Shown here piece by piece: positions 56,547 through 64,000 of a DNA stretch of 64,000 nt. The stretch covers positions 42,921 through 106,920 of the forward strand of contig CAYGFH010000004.1 of assembly GCA_964349125.1 (NCBI GenBank), read 5' to 3'. Source of the DNA: an uncultured Gammaproteobacteria bacterium. Its GTDB lineage: Bacteria; Patescibacteriota; Microgenomatia; UBA10105; UBA927. Position 1 is the stretch's first letter; the number at the start of each line of letters is the position of its first letter. The notes beneath the pieces are model-generated. The model saw nothing but the letters and a program-made list of their open reading frames with translations, had not been told where the DNA came from and made no database searches. The translations under genes were made by a program, and so were the position numbers.

Positions 56547-58774
56547 ACTATCTCCTCCAATATTTCTTCTTTTGTCACAAGGCCGGTTATCACGAATTTT
56601 ATTATTCCTTTTCGATCGACGAATATGTGAGTCGGAGAGGTTCTATACATCACAGAATCAACCAATATCCCATCCGGATCAGCTACTATCCGCACATCGT
56701 ATGAGCCGCGTTTCATAAATGTCGCAACTGACGCAGTACTTTCCTGTGGAACAATCACAATAGTATGCACTGAACTCAGCGTTTTCAACGTATCCAAAAT
56801 GGATATCTGTGGAGATGTGATCGGCGACCATGTGTTTAGAAGTGTAATGAGCGTCGGCTTACCACGAAGATCAAGTGATGAAATAAATTTCCCATCAAAT
56901 GGAAAGCGGAAGTACTGCATTTCTTTGCCTATCACACCTGCATTTTTGACACCGCCCGTATCGTTTAACAGACCCGCGACGCGAATGACAGTGCGCGTTT
57001 CTGAAAAATCAAATAACGGTAGTAACCATCGCCCGATTTGAATACCAAACGCCCTCTCCATCTGAATGTTCTGGGCAATCGGTGAAATGTTGTTTACATC
57101 AAATATATCGCTGATTACCGTTTTATACCCAAATGCTTTCACGCGCACATAATATTTCCCGCTGGGAACGGCAAACCCATACTCGCCTGATTTCCCCGTA
57201 CTAAATGGATTTTTTTGTCCGTATGATTTTCCGTCCCACTGTACAAACTGCGCTGTGGCATTGTCCAACACGAACATAGTCACTTCTGCATGTTCAATAG
57301 GCTTTGCATTTGAATCAAGAATCACACCACCGGACAGAACGGAAACTTGCATAACCTCGGTGACGGTTTTGTTTGCGGCGCCATCAATGGCCACACCAAA
57401 GACCGTATAGGTACCAGCCTGATCAAATCGCATTGCCGCACGCCATAGACCTGTATCAATGTTTTTTTGCGCAGTCATATCTGCTACTTCACCCCGACTG
57501 TTTTCTACTGAGTACTTCACGGATACAGGACCACCAATAATTGACGTGGTAAACACATACTCCATTCCCGAAACCACATGCATATTGCCACCGACAGGTT
57601 CAATAACCTGTGAACCGAATGTGACTATGGTGGCACCTACCTGCGGAGGCATGCGATCAACGGTGTAACTGCCGATTTTTTGCGTGGACGTATTGCCTTT
57701 ACCATCAAGGCTTCTGATAACCAACGCATAACTTCCATCGTCGAATTGATATGGCGTAAAAGTGAATGGTATCGACGTCTTACCGAACGCTCGAATGCCA
57801 TCCACCGGTACGAAGTTGATACCACCATCAAGCGAATACTCCAGAGTGGTAACGCCGCTACCGTCTGTCGCGGTACCGACAATCTCCGGCGGTTCTGTAT
57901 AGATTTTTTCGAACTTCGTCTTTATGCTTATCCGAGGACCAACTCTGTCCGGGATCGGTGTGGGCGTAGGGCTCGCGAAAACAATGCGAACTGTTCCTGT
58001 AGTCGTTGTCGTTGTCGTACTTGACGCCGCGTTTGTTACAAACGTGTTTTCTCCGGAATCTCCTGTGTTACCCGCCGCATCCGTACTTTGGACGGAATAG
58101 TGATACGTAGTCAGTGCGGATAGACTGTCTATGGTGACACTATGACTGGTCGTGAGCGATGTATCTGTTTTTGTGGCACCGTAATCTCCGGTCGTCCCGT
58201 ACTGAACGATAGATGTAGCCGCCTCATCTGTCGTCCACATAATGCGCGCACTCGTGGCGCCAATATCAGTGACTGTCAATGAAGATATAGTCGGTGCACT
58301 TGAATCACCACCACCTCCGGTAATGGAAGTCCCTAGTGATCCGGAACAGGACGTCGCATCCGCACCACCCTCATCGGACGATAATTGTATCCCCCAATTA
58401 GCAGCCCCTGCTGTCACATTACCACTTGTCACCTGGATGGAGAATGAATAGGTTTCTCCTGCATCCACACTTCCACCTGTCATGGTCATTGTAGAAGAAT
58501 CAATCGAGTTGCTCCATCCGGGCGAAGATGGGCTTCCTGCAAACGTAAAGTTTCCCGAAGGTACAGTAAGTTTGATCCAAGATCCTGCTTCGGCATTATC
58601 GGTATTATTTGTGACGCTAAACGTTATAGTGTTTGTAGTTTCCGCGGGAACACTATCCATGTCTACTGTTGCACCACAGGACGAGATGGAGGCAAACACT
58701 GTGTGTGGAGTTATTAAAAACAGCGTGGCACAGAAGGCATATACAATCGTATGGGCAATACGTGGCAGTTTCAT
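56540..58774 (-). CDS. Secreted multi-domain protein: FN3/Big-like repeats, CarboxypepD_reg-like domain and C-terminal Cys-less thioredoxin-like fold (paralog B)
   Basis: Signal peptide MKLPRIAHTIVYAFCATLFLITPHTVFA. FN3-like IMWTTDEAATSIVQYGTT. NTWSPITS where WCxxC is expected. ATG 58774 preferred because the 58816 start leaves no divergent promoter space. Confidence 0.6.
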   Translation of the reverse strand: MKLPRIAHTIVYAFCATLFLITPHTVFASISSCGATVDMDSVPAETTNTITFSVTNNTDNAEAGSWIKLTVPSGNFTFAGSPSSPGWSNSIDSSTMTMTGGSVDAGETYSFSIQVTSGNVTAGAANWGIQLSSDEGGADATSCSGSLGTSITGGGGDSSAPTISSLTVTDIGATSARIMWTTDEAATSIVQYGTTGDYGATKTDTSLTTSHSVTIDSLSALTTYHYSVQSTDAAGNTGDSGENTFVTNAASSTTTTTTTGTVRIVFASPTPTPIPDRVGPRISIKTKFEKIYTEPPEIVGTATDGSGVTTLEYSLDGGINFVPVDGIRAFGKTSIPFTFTPYQFDDGSYALVIRSLDGKGNTSTQKIGSYTVDRMPPQVGATIVTFGSQVIEPVGGNMHVVSGMEYVFTTSIIGGPVSVKYSVENSRGEVADMTAQKNIDTGLWRAAMRFDQAGTYTVFGVAIDGAANKTVTEVMQVSVLSGGVILDSNAKPIEHAEVTMFVLDNATAQFVQWDGKSYGQKNPFSTGKSGEYGFAVPSGKYYVRVKAFGYKTVISDIFDVNNISPIAQNIQMERAFGIQIGRWLLPLFDFSETRTVIRVAGLLNDTGGVKNAGVIGKEMQYFRFPFDGKFISSLDLRGKPTLITLLNTWSPITSPQISILDTLKTLSSVHTIVIVPQESTASVATFMKRGSYDVRIVADPDGILVDSVMYRTSPTHIFVDRKGIIKFVITGLVTKEEILEEIVK

Positions 58775-58814
58775 ATATATAATTTTGCTATCCTTCACTA
58801 TAATAGTAGCATTC

Positions 58815-59969
58815 ATGAAACATTACCATAAGGTCATTCTCCTGTGTATATCGCTTGCCGCTGCGCTATGCATAAGCGAATGGTACATCCGTACACAGTA
58901 CCCTCAACTGACACTCGAGGCGGCGCAAAGCTTTAGCTTTAACTGTTTTGAAGAAGGGGAACATCGCTGGATAAAACTTGCGGCCAATAAGACCTGTGAA
59001 CTTAAATCTGCTTGGAATGCATTCCCTCCGATTGCCATACAAACAAATTCCATAGGACTACGAAATCGGGAAGTTTCTATGCCCAAACCCGCAAATACAA
59101 AACGCATTGTCTTTGTCGGTGATTCATTTACCATGGGGTGGGGCGTCAACGAAGAGGACACGTTCGTACGGACATCTGAGACGCTTCTGAACAAACAGGG
59201 ACTGGCATTCCCAATCGAAACGGTTAATGCCGGATTCTCTGCAGCTGGACCCAGCGGCTACTATATATATCTCAAATATTTCGGATTGGATCTGGATCCT
59301 GATGTTGTTGTGGTCGGTTTTTTTATAGGGAATGATATAACGGGAAGAACCGATGTGGAGTGGATACAAAAAGATGCAAACGGCATGCCCGACGTGGTCC
59401 GGTCAAAAACAACGTATATAGATTGGAACGGTGCACTGAGGTTTAAGGATACTCCGATCCGCTACAGCATGCCGGTCCTGAACAATTCCCACGCATTTCT
59501 GCTTTTGGCAAATACAATCAATCCACTCACCACATCAACAGACCCGTCAAAGGAACTGGTGACATTGACCTCGTGTCTATTTAGACCTGAGTGTCATGAT
59601 CTCGATACGGCAAAATCGGAGGTGAAATTTTTGTTTGAGGGCATACAGGAATTGGTCGAGAGTAAAGGAAAAAAACTTGTTGTGGTCATGATCCCGGATG
59701 ATTACCAATTCAATACGTATCCCGCATTCCGAAGTAAAAAATTATTACCGCTTCTCCCATCGGAGAGAATGCATGTCAACAATGAGTTTGCTTCCTTTTT
59801 TGAAAGTGAAGGTATTGACTACATAGATTTGCTGCCAATCTTTCTGGAACAGGCCAAAGAGCAACTATATATTCCTGATGACGGGCATTGGAACGCTGCA
59901 GGACATGCGTTTGCGGCATCTATCATCAGTGAGAAGCTTGCCAAGATACTGCAAGAAAAGGCACCATGA
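58815..59969 (+). CDS. SGNH/GDSL-like hydrolase (AlgX/DltD-like) membrane-anchored protein
   Basis: IVFVGDSFTMGWGV (block I Ser) and DDGHWNAAGH (DxxH block). Start at ATG 58815; the ORF-track start at 58482 overlaps the upstream gene in antisense. Confidence 0.6.
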   Translation: MKHYHKVILLCISLAAALCISEWYIRTQYPQLTLEAAQSFSFNCFEEGEHRWIKLAANKTCELKSAWNAFPPIAIQTNSIGLRNREVSMPKPANTKRIVFVGDSFTMGWGVNEEDTFVRTSETLLNKQGLAFPIETVNAGFSAAGPSGYYIYLKYFGLDLDPDVVVVGFFIGNDITGRTDVEWIQKDANGMPDVVRSKTTYIDWNGALRFKDTPIRYSMPVLNNSHAFLLLANTINPLTTSTDPSKELVTLTSCLFRPECHDLDTAKSEVKFLFEGIQELVESKGKKLVVVMIPDDYQFNTYPAFRSKKLLPLLPSERMHVNNEFASFFESEGIDYIDLLPIFLEQAKEQLYIPDDGHWNAAGHAFAASIISEKLAKILQEKAP

Positions 59970-61108
59970 AACGCATCATTCTTATCCTCGTTGGTATAGT
60001 GTTCGCGCTTGTGTGCACAGAACTCTGTATCAGGTGGTATGCCCCGCAGTCAGTCTACAGAGCAGGTATGATGGTAGAGAATTGTTACAGATCTGATTCC
60101 ACCCTCTATACCACGCTTAAACCTCTCACCCGCTGCCATAACAGCACCACAAGCCCGGTTCCTGTATACATAAATTCGCTCGGCTTTCGGGATATAAAAG
60201 ACAAACCCATACAAAAGGAAAACGGTGTACCGCGAGTGTTATTTATCGGTGATTCCTATACATTCGGGTATGGTGTTTCCGTGCAAGAATCATTCCCGAG
60301 CTTGACAGAGGCGTATATGAAACGCAGCGGAAAACCGATTGAAATGCTCAACGCAGGAATACCCGGAGTGGGGCCGGATTGGTATTATCTCTTTCTCAAA
60401 CACAAGTCATTTGATTTTGCCCCTGATCTTATTGTGGTAAATATATATCTGGGGAATGACCTGTTTGATCACGCATATTTTGATACAACAACCCGTGACT
60501 CTCAAGGACTGCCAATACAACTGGGAACGAATCAGGAATATGTAGATGCAGATGGCACACGCAGAAGCGCACGTGCGCCATGGCAATATAAAATCCCCTG
60601 GCTTCGCAGTTCTCACCTTTTTCTGCGTATAGCAGGCATACTTGGCCCGCTACCACAGGATACCGGCACTCCCCATGCGATTAACGGATCTGGTTGTCTA
60701 CTGAAGCCTGGATGTACTGCTATTGATACCGATATTCAATCTACTGTGAATCTCTTATCTGAAATGAATAGGATAGCGGGCGAACACAACTCAAAATTTG
60801 TGGTTACTCTCCTTCCGTGGGAGGCCCAGCTATCACGAAAACTTAATGAACAGTCAAAAGGATACCTTATCCCCGCCACTAAAGCACAAAGGCACGCAGT
60901 CTCAGATAAATTAGGGGCACTGCTTGAAAAAAACTCCATAGAGTATGTAGATTTTCTTGATGCGTTTGATGCATATACCGGCACTGAGGCGGTCTACACA
61001 CCGATGGATTATCATTGGAATGCCGTGGGACACACGATAGCTGCCGAATATCTAGGTCCAAAATTGGAGGCTATGTTGTTTCCACCACAAGCGCCGGAAA
61101 CGGAGTAA
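59966..61108 (+). CDS. SGNH/GDSL-like hydrolase (paralog)
   Basis: VLFIGDSYTFGYGV and MDYHWNAVGH motifs; ATGA overlap with the previous gene. Confidence 0.6.
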   Translation: MKRIILILVGIVFALVCTELCIRWYAPQSVYRAGMMVENCYRSDSTLYTTLKPLTRCHNSTTSPVPVYINSLGFRDIKDKPIQKENGVPRVLFIGDSYTFGYGVSVQESFPSLTEAYMKRSGKPIEMLNAGIPGVGPDWYYLFLKHKSFDFAPDLIVVNIYLGNDLFDHAYFDTTTRDSQGLPIQLGTNQEYVDADGTRRSARAPWQYKIPWLRSSHLFLRIAGILGPLPQDTGTPHAINGSGCLLKPGCTAIDTDIQSTVNLLSEMNRIAGEHNSKFVVTLLPWEAQLSRKLNEQSKGYLIPATKAQRHAVSDKLGALLEKNSIEYVDFLDAFDAYTGTEAVYTPMDYHWNAVGHTIAAEYLGPKLEAMLFPPQAPETE

Positions 61109-62261
61109 TGATAGTAGTCCCTGTTTTGAGTGTTTTTTTGAGCGCATCCACTATCACACCTCTGTAGTTCCAGGAAAAAACGATAACAACATCCGGCAGA
61201 TCAATTGCAATACGCGACTGGGCATAAATCGGGATGTTTGTGCCCGGCAGAAATCGTCCCTGTTTTTGCGCTGTAGAATCGACTATGTAGGAAATTTGTT
61301 TCCCGCTAAGCCCCATGTATGAGGTAAATGTGACACTTTTGGCGGGTGCACCGAACCCCACAATCTTTTTTCCGGCATACTTCCCAAGCGTTTTTGCAAA
61401 TTGTTTTTTGTACGCGGCAACCCGCTCGCTAAACCCTGCTATATCCTGTTTTTTTCCGCCCATTGTCTTGGGCTGTGTCTTTGATTGTGACGCATGTACA
61501 AGTTCCACGCGGATGGCGCCACCCTGCACGGAAGACGTCGTTAGAGAAAGAACGGCAAGATGGTGATCTGCCGCAATCCGCTCTAATACACGGGAGGTGA
61601 AATATGAATAATGCTCATGATAAATACTGTCAAATTGACCCTTTGATAGCATCACGTCCGCATCCGCTACCTCGATAACACAGACACCGTTTGGTGATAA
61701 CACGGTCCGTATCCCATCCATGAAATCACCAAGATCAATAATATTGGCAAGCACATGCGTGGCACAAACCACATCACAGTGTCCGTACGTTTTAATAATA
61801 TGTTTTGCAGTATCGAGGGAAAAGAATGTATTGAGGGTTTCGATAACACGTTTGGATGAAAGCCCTGATAATTCGCGCGACGGTTCAACGCCAATGGTCT
61901 GAATTCCTTTTTCATGAAAAAACGATAACAGCGTTCCATCATTACTGCCGATATCCAGTACCCGGCTTTTTTCTGTCAAATGTCGCGATTGAATAAGCAA
62001 CGTGGCGAGCTCTGATAACTCCTGTATAAGTGGTTCTGACGCTCCAGTCACATAGTGATATGTAGAAAATATTTCTGAGGCAGGGATAATCTCATCCAAC
62101 TGCAGTAACCCGCAGGAGTTACATCTCACGAGTCGTAAGGGATACGTTTTTTGCGTTTGAACTTCTTCTTTCGTTGGAAAATAGTTTACCAATGGAATAC
62201 GTCCCACATCCAACACAGGAGTGAGCGAAGATCTACAATAGCGACACGAGGTGATATTCAT
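61071..62261 (-). CDS. SAM-dependent C-methyltransferase with N-terminal Zn-ribbon (TylCIII/NovU-like sugar C-methyltransferase family)
   Basis: CRYC...CNSCGLLQL Zn-ribbon pair and methyltransferase motif I VLDIGSNDGTLL. Confidence 0.65.
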   Translation of the reverse strand: MNITSCRYCRSSLTPVLDVGRIPLVNYFPTKEEVQTQKTYPLRLVRCNSCGLLQLDEIIPASEIFSTYHYVTGASEPLIQELSELATLLIQSRHLTEKSRVLDIGSNDGTLLSFFHEKGIQTIGVEPSRELSGLSSKRVIETLNTFFSLDTAKHIIKTYGHCDVVCATHVLANIIDLGDFMDGIRTVLSPNGVCVIEVADADVMLSKGQFDSIYHEHYSYFTSRVLERIAADHHLAVLSLTTSSVQGGAIRVELVHASQSKTQPKTMGGKKQDIAGFSERVAAYKKQFAKTLGKYAGKKIVGFGAPAKSVTFTSYMGLSGKQISYIVDSTAQKQGRFLPGTNIPIYAQSRIAIDLPDVVIVFSWNYRGVIVDALKKTLKTGTTIITPFPALVVETT

Positions 62262-63826
62262 ATGTGTTTCTTTGCAATGATCAGGCCAATCGGTGATCGT
62301 CCGAGTATAACAAGGACACCTTCAATGAGACAAGAAACAAGTATTGCGAATGCAAAGATGAAAAGTTTCAGAGGGTTTTGTATATTTTTTACCACATCAT
62401 TTGGCGACCAGTGAAGCAGGCTTGCCGCAAAACCGACTATGGCGTATTCCGGCGCCCACACTGGATGCTGCTTTTTTACCTCAAATCCATAAGCCGCAAG
62501 TAACTCCCGCATACCGGCGCCTGAAAAATGCGTTCTGTGTCGGGGAATATCCAGATGATACCAATATCTGCCAAAAAAACGTGATTCCCACGAATCGAAG
62601 CGCGGGTACTCAACAAATATATACCCCCCATTTTTAAGCCACGATGATGCCTTTTGTATAACCTTTTCAGGCTCTTCCATATGCTCCAGACTCTCCCAAA
62701 ACACAACCGCATCCACAGGGTTTTTTACTGTATATGACACTACATTAGTCCGAATGACATCCGGTGACTCCACAGACGCAAACGGCGCTTCCAAAGAAAT
62801 GGTGGTATATGCACCACCCAACGAACGTCCAAATGATCCGTTTCCTGCGCCCACATCCACCACAGCCAAGCCTGTTTGCACGTGATGCGTAAGCCAGCTG
62901 GTCCGCCGGTGTTGGAACACTCCGTACACCCATCGTTTGATCGTGGATATCGCACCGAGATTGTAATATTGCTCCTTATAGTGCTTCGAAAGGTTGATAT
63001 TGCGAGGAGTGGTGAACGCGCATCCGCAGGCATAACACCGATAAACACTATACACAGCATCTATACTATGCACTTTATATGTCGTGATATTCGTTTTGCA
63101 GATGTCACAATACACATCAATCGTTTTGTCAGCAGATTCTTTTCGGGTTTTCTTTAGGAGCACTAAAAATGTCTGCAGTGCGTATATGATGGCTGCTTTG
63201 GGTAATGCGCCACGTTTTATTCCTGTATACGATGTGCTTACCGGCACTTCTTCCACAGTAAACCCATTTCTAATAGCATCCACTATTATCTCAAAGCTAA
63301 ATAAGTAATTATTACTATAGGATTTATATGGCACTTGCTCTACCAGTTGCCTGGTATAGACGCGAAAACCCTGATGCAGATCGCCAATGTGTGTACCCAG
63401 CAAACCCCTATCAATCGTGCTTAACACCTTTGTTCCCACGTTTTTCCATATATACATGCCGCTGTTTGAACCTAAAAATCTATTTCCGAGCACTAAATGT
63501 ACTCCATTTTTCACTTTTGCCAGTGCAGGTATGACTCCATCCGTCTTATACTCCCCGTCGGGATGAATTTCCATGATGATGTCAGCGCCACGAGAGAGAG
63601 CAGTGGAAATACAGAATTTCAGATTGCCCCCGTAGCCTATATTGCGAGGCGTACGAACTACTACAAGCCGTTTATCCTTTTTCGCGGCTTCGTACGTGCC
63701 GTCCCCGGAGCCGTCATCGGAGAGGATAATTGCATCAAAAACCCCTTCTGGCAAGGAATCAACGACACGTTTAAATGTGTTTTTGGCATTGTAGGCGGGA
63801 AGGATGGCTATTATTTTTTGTTTCAT
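62258..63826 (-). CDS. Bifunctional family-2 glycosyltransferase / class-I SAM methyltransferase
   Basis: GT2 IIAILPAYNAKNT...ILSDDGSGDGT. MTase motif I VVDVGAGNGSFG. ATG 63826 preferred; the ORF-track TTG start at 63913 would translate the cloverleaf repeat. Confidence 0.65.
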   Translation of the reverse strand: MKQKIIAILPAYNAKNTFKRVVDSLPEGVFDAIILSDDGSGDGTYEAAKKDKRLVVVRTPRNIGYGGNLKFCISTALSRGADIIMEIHPDGEYKTDGVIPALAKVKNGVHLVLGNRFLGSNSGMYIWKNVGTKVLSTIDRGLLGTHIGDLHQGFRVYTRQLVEQVPYKSYSNNYLFSFEIIVDAIRNGFTVEEVPVSTSYTGIKRGALPKAAIIYALQTFLVLLKKTRKESADKTIDVYCDICKTNITTYKVHSIDAVYSVYRCYACGCAFTTPRNINLSKHYKEQYYNLGAISTIKRWVYGVFQHRRTSWLTHHVQTGLAVVDVGAGNGSFGRSLGGAYTTISLEAPFASVESPDVIRTNVVSYTVKNPVDAVVFWESLEHMEEPEKVIQKASSWLKNGGYIFVEYPRFDSWESRFFGRYWYHLDIPRHRTHFSGAGMRELLAAYGFEVKKQHPVWAPEYAIVGFAASLLHWSPNDVVKNIQNPLKLFIFAFAILVSCLIEGVLVILGRSPIGLIIAKKHI

Positions 63827-63833
63827 ATTTTGA

Positions 63834-63919
63834 TTGTCATTGCGAGGATCCCGATTCAATCGGGAGACGTGGCAATCTCTACAGATTGCTTCGCCGTCAG
63901 AACGGACTCGCAATGACAG
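63834..63919. repeat. Cloverleaf-forming inverted-repeat element (12-bp outer stem enclosing three hairpins) immediately upstream of the glycosyltransferase start
   Basis: Outer stem 63835-63846 pairs with 63907-63918. Hairpins at 63849-63865, 63872-63889 and 63894-63905. Confidence 0.5.
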
Positions 63920-64000
63920 GCTATTTATCTATTTTTCTATATATATACACCATATCTTCCGGTTTAGGATTAAGCTTTGTGAAACTGCGAAGATCCAACT

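Noticed and set aside
58482-58814. ORF-track start of the SGNH hydrolase at 58482
   Set aside because: It would run antisense through 330 bp of the upstream surface-protein gene. ATG 58815 begins at the predicted signal-anchor sequence.
63827-63913. N-terminal 29 codons of the GT2 gene from the TTG at 63913
   Set aside because: They translate the cloverleaf inverted repeat. The ATG at 63826 begins exactly at the conserved GT2 N-terminus (KIIAILPAYN).
63084-63916. Plus-strand ORFs antisense to the GT2-MTase gene
   Set aside because: They lie wholly inside a well-supported minus-strand CDS.
63834-63919. Possible tRNA gene (cloverleaf, ~85 nt)
   Set aside because: Outer stem 12 bp, loops of 3-5 nt, no anticodon-loop or T-loop consensus; not a tRNA.

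Overview
The window is a low-GC (about 42%) stretch that looks like a small-genome, Candidate-Phyla-Radiation-like bacterium; this is inferred from style only. The supporting traits are PTPTPT linker-rich surface proteins with C-terminal membrane anchors, leaderless -10-only promoters, four-helix-bundle 'IVS' proteins, and spurious GVGVGV antisense ORFs. Main contents are as follows. (i) A three-gene cohesin/dockerin surface cassette at 48-3989. (ii) Housekeeping genes: a RibF-like riboflavin kinase, a DUF457-like membrane hydrolase, an L,D-transpeptidase and galU. (iii) A secE-nusG-rplK-rplA-rplJ-rplL cluster interrupted twice. An anchored surface-protein gene sits between nusG and rplK. A 5.7 kb insert sits between rplA and rplJ; its core (12989-16470) is bounded by a 54-bp imperfect direct repeat of the rplA 3' end and carries one 1122-aa soluble ABC-type ATPase with long unknown N- and C-terminal regions. 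This is the strongest candidate for a novel mobile or defence-like system. (iv) After rplL, where rpoB is normally found, an accessory islet encodes an excisionase-like HTH, a four-helix-bundle protein, a TrmB regulator and tandem paralogous membrane proteins. (v) A pentose-phosphate cluster (galT, tal, tkt, rpe, rpiB, pgl, gnd, zwf) interleaved with surface-protein, UbiA-like, STAS-like, RRM and four-helix-bundle genes. (vi) A long minus-strand signalling operon with duplicated modules: secreted FN3/Big/CarboxypepD_reg proteins ending in a Cys-less thioredoxin-like fold, each paired with a multi-TM double-Cache sensor that has no output domain, plus PAS-only, SBP_bac_3 and HAMP-only proteins, a histidine kinase and a stand-alone receiver. 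(vii) A glycan-modification cluster of two SGNH hydrolases, a Zn-ribbon C-methyltransferase and a GT2-methyltransferase fusion. No tRNA, rRNA or CRISPR array was found. At least eight arrays of tandem heptamers of the form GT(T/A)(A/G)nnn lie in intergenic DNA. Inverted pairs of them bracket each four-helix-bundle gene.
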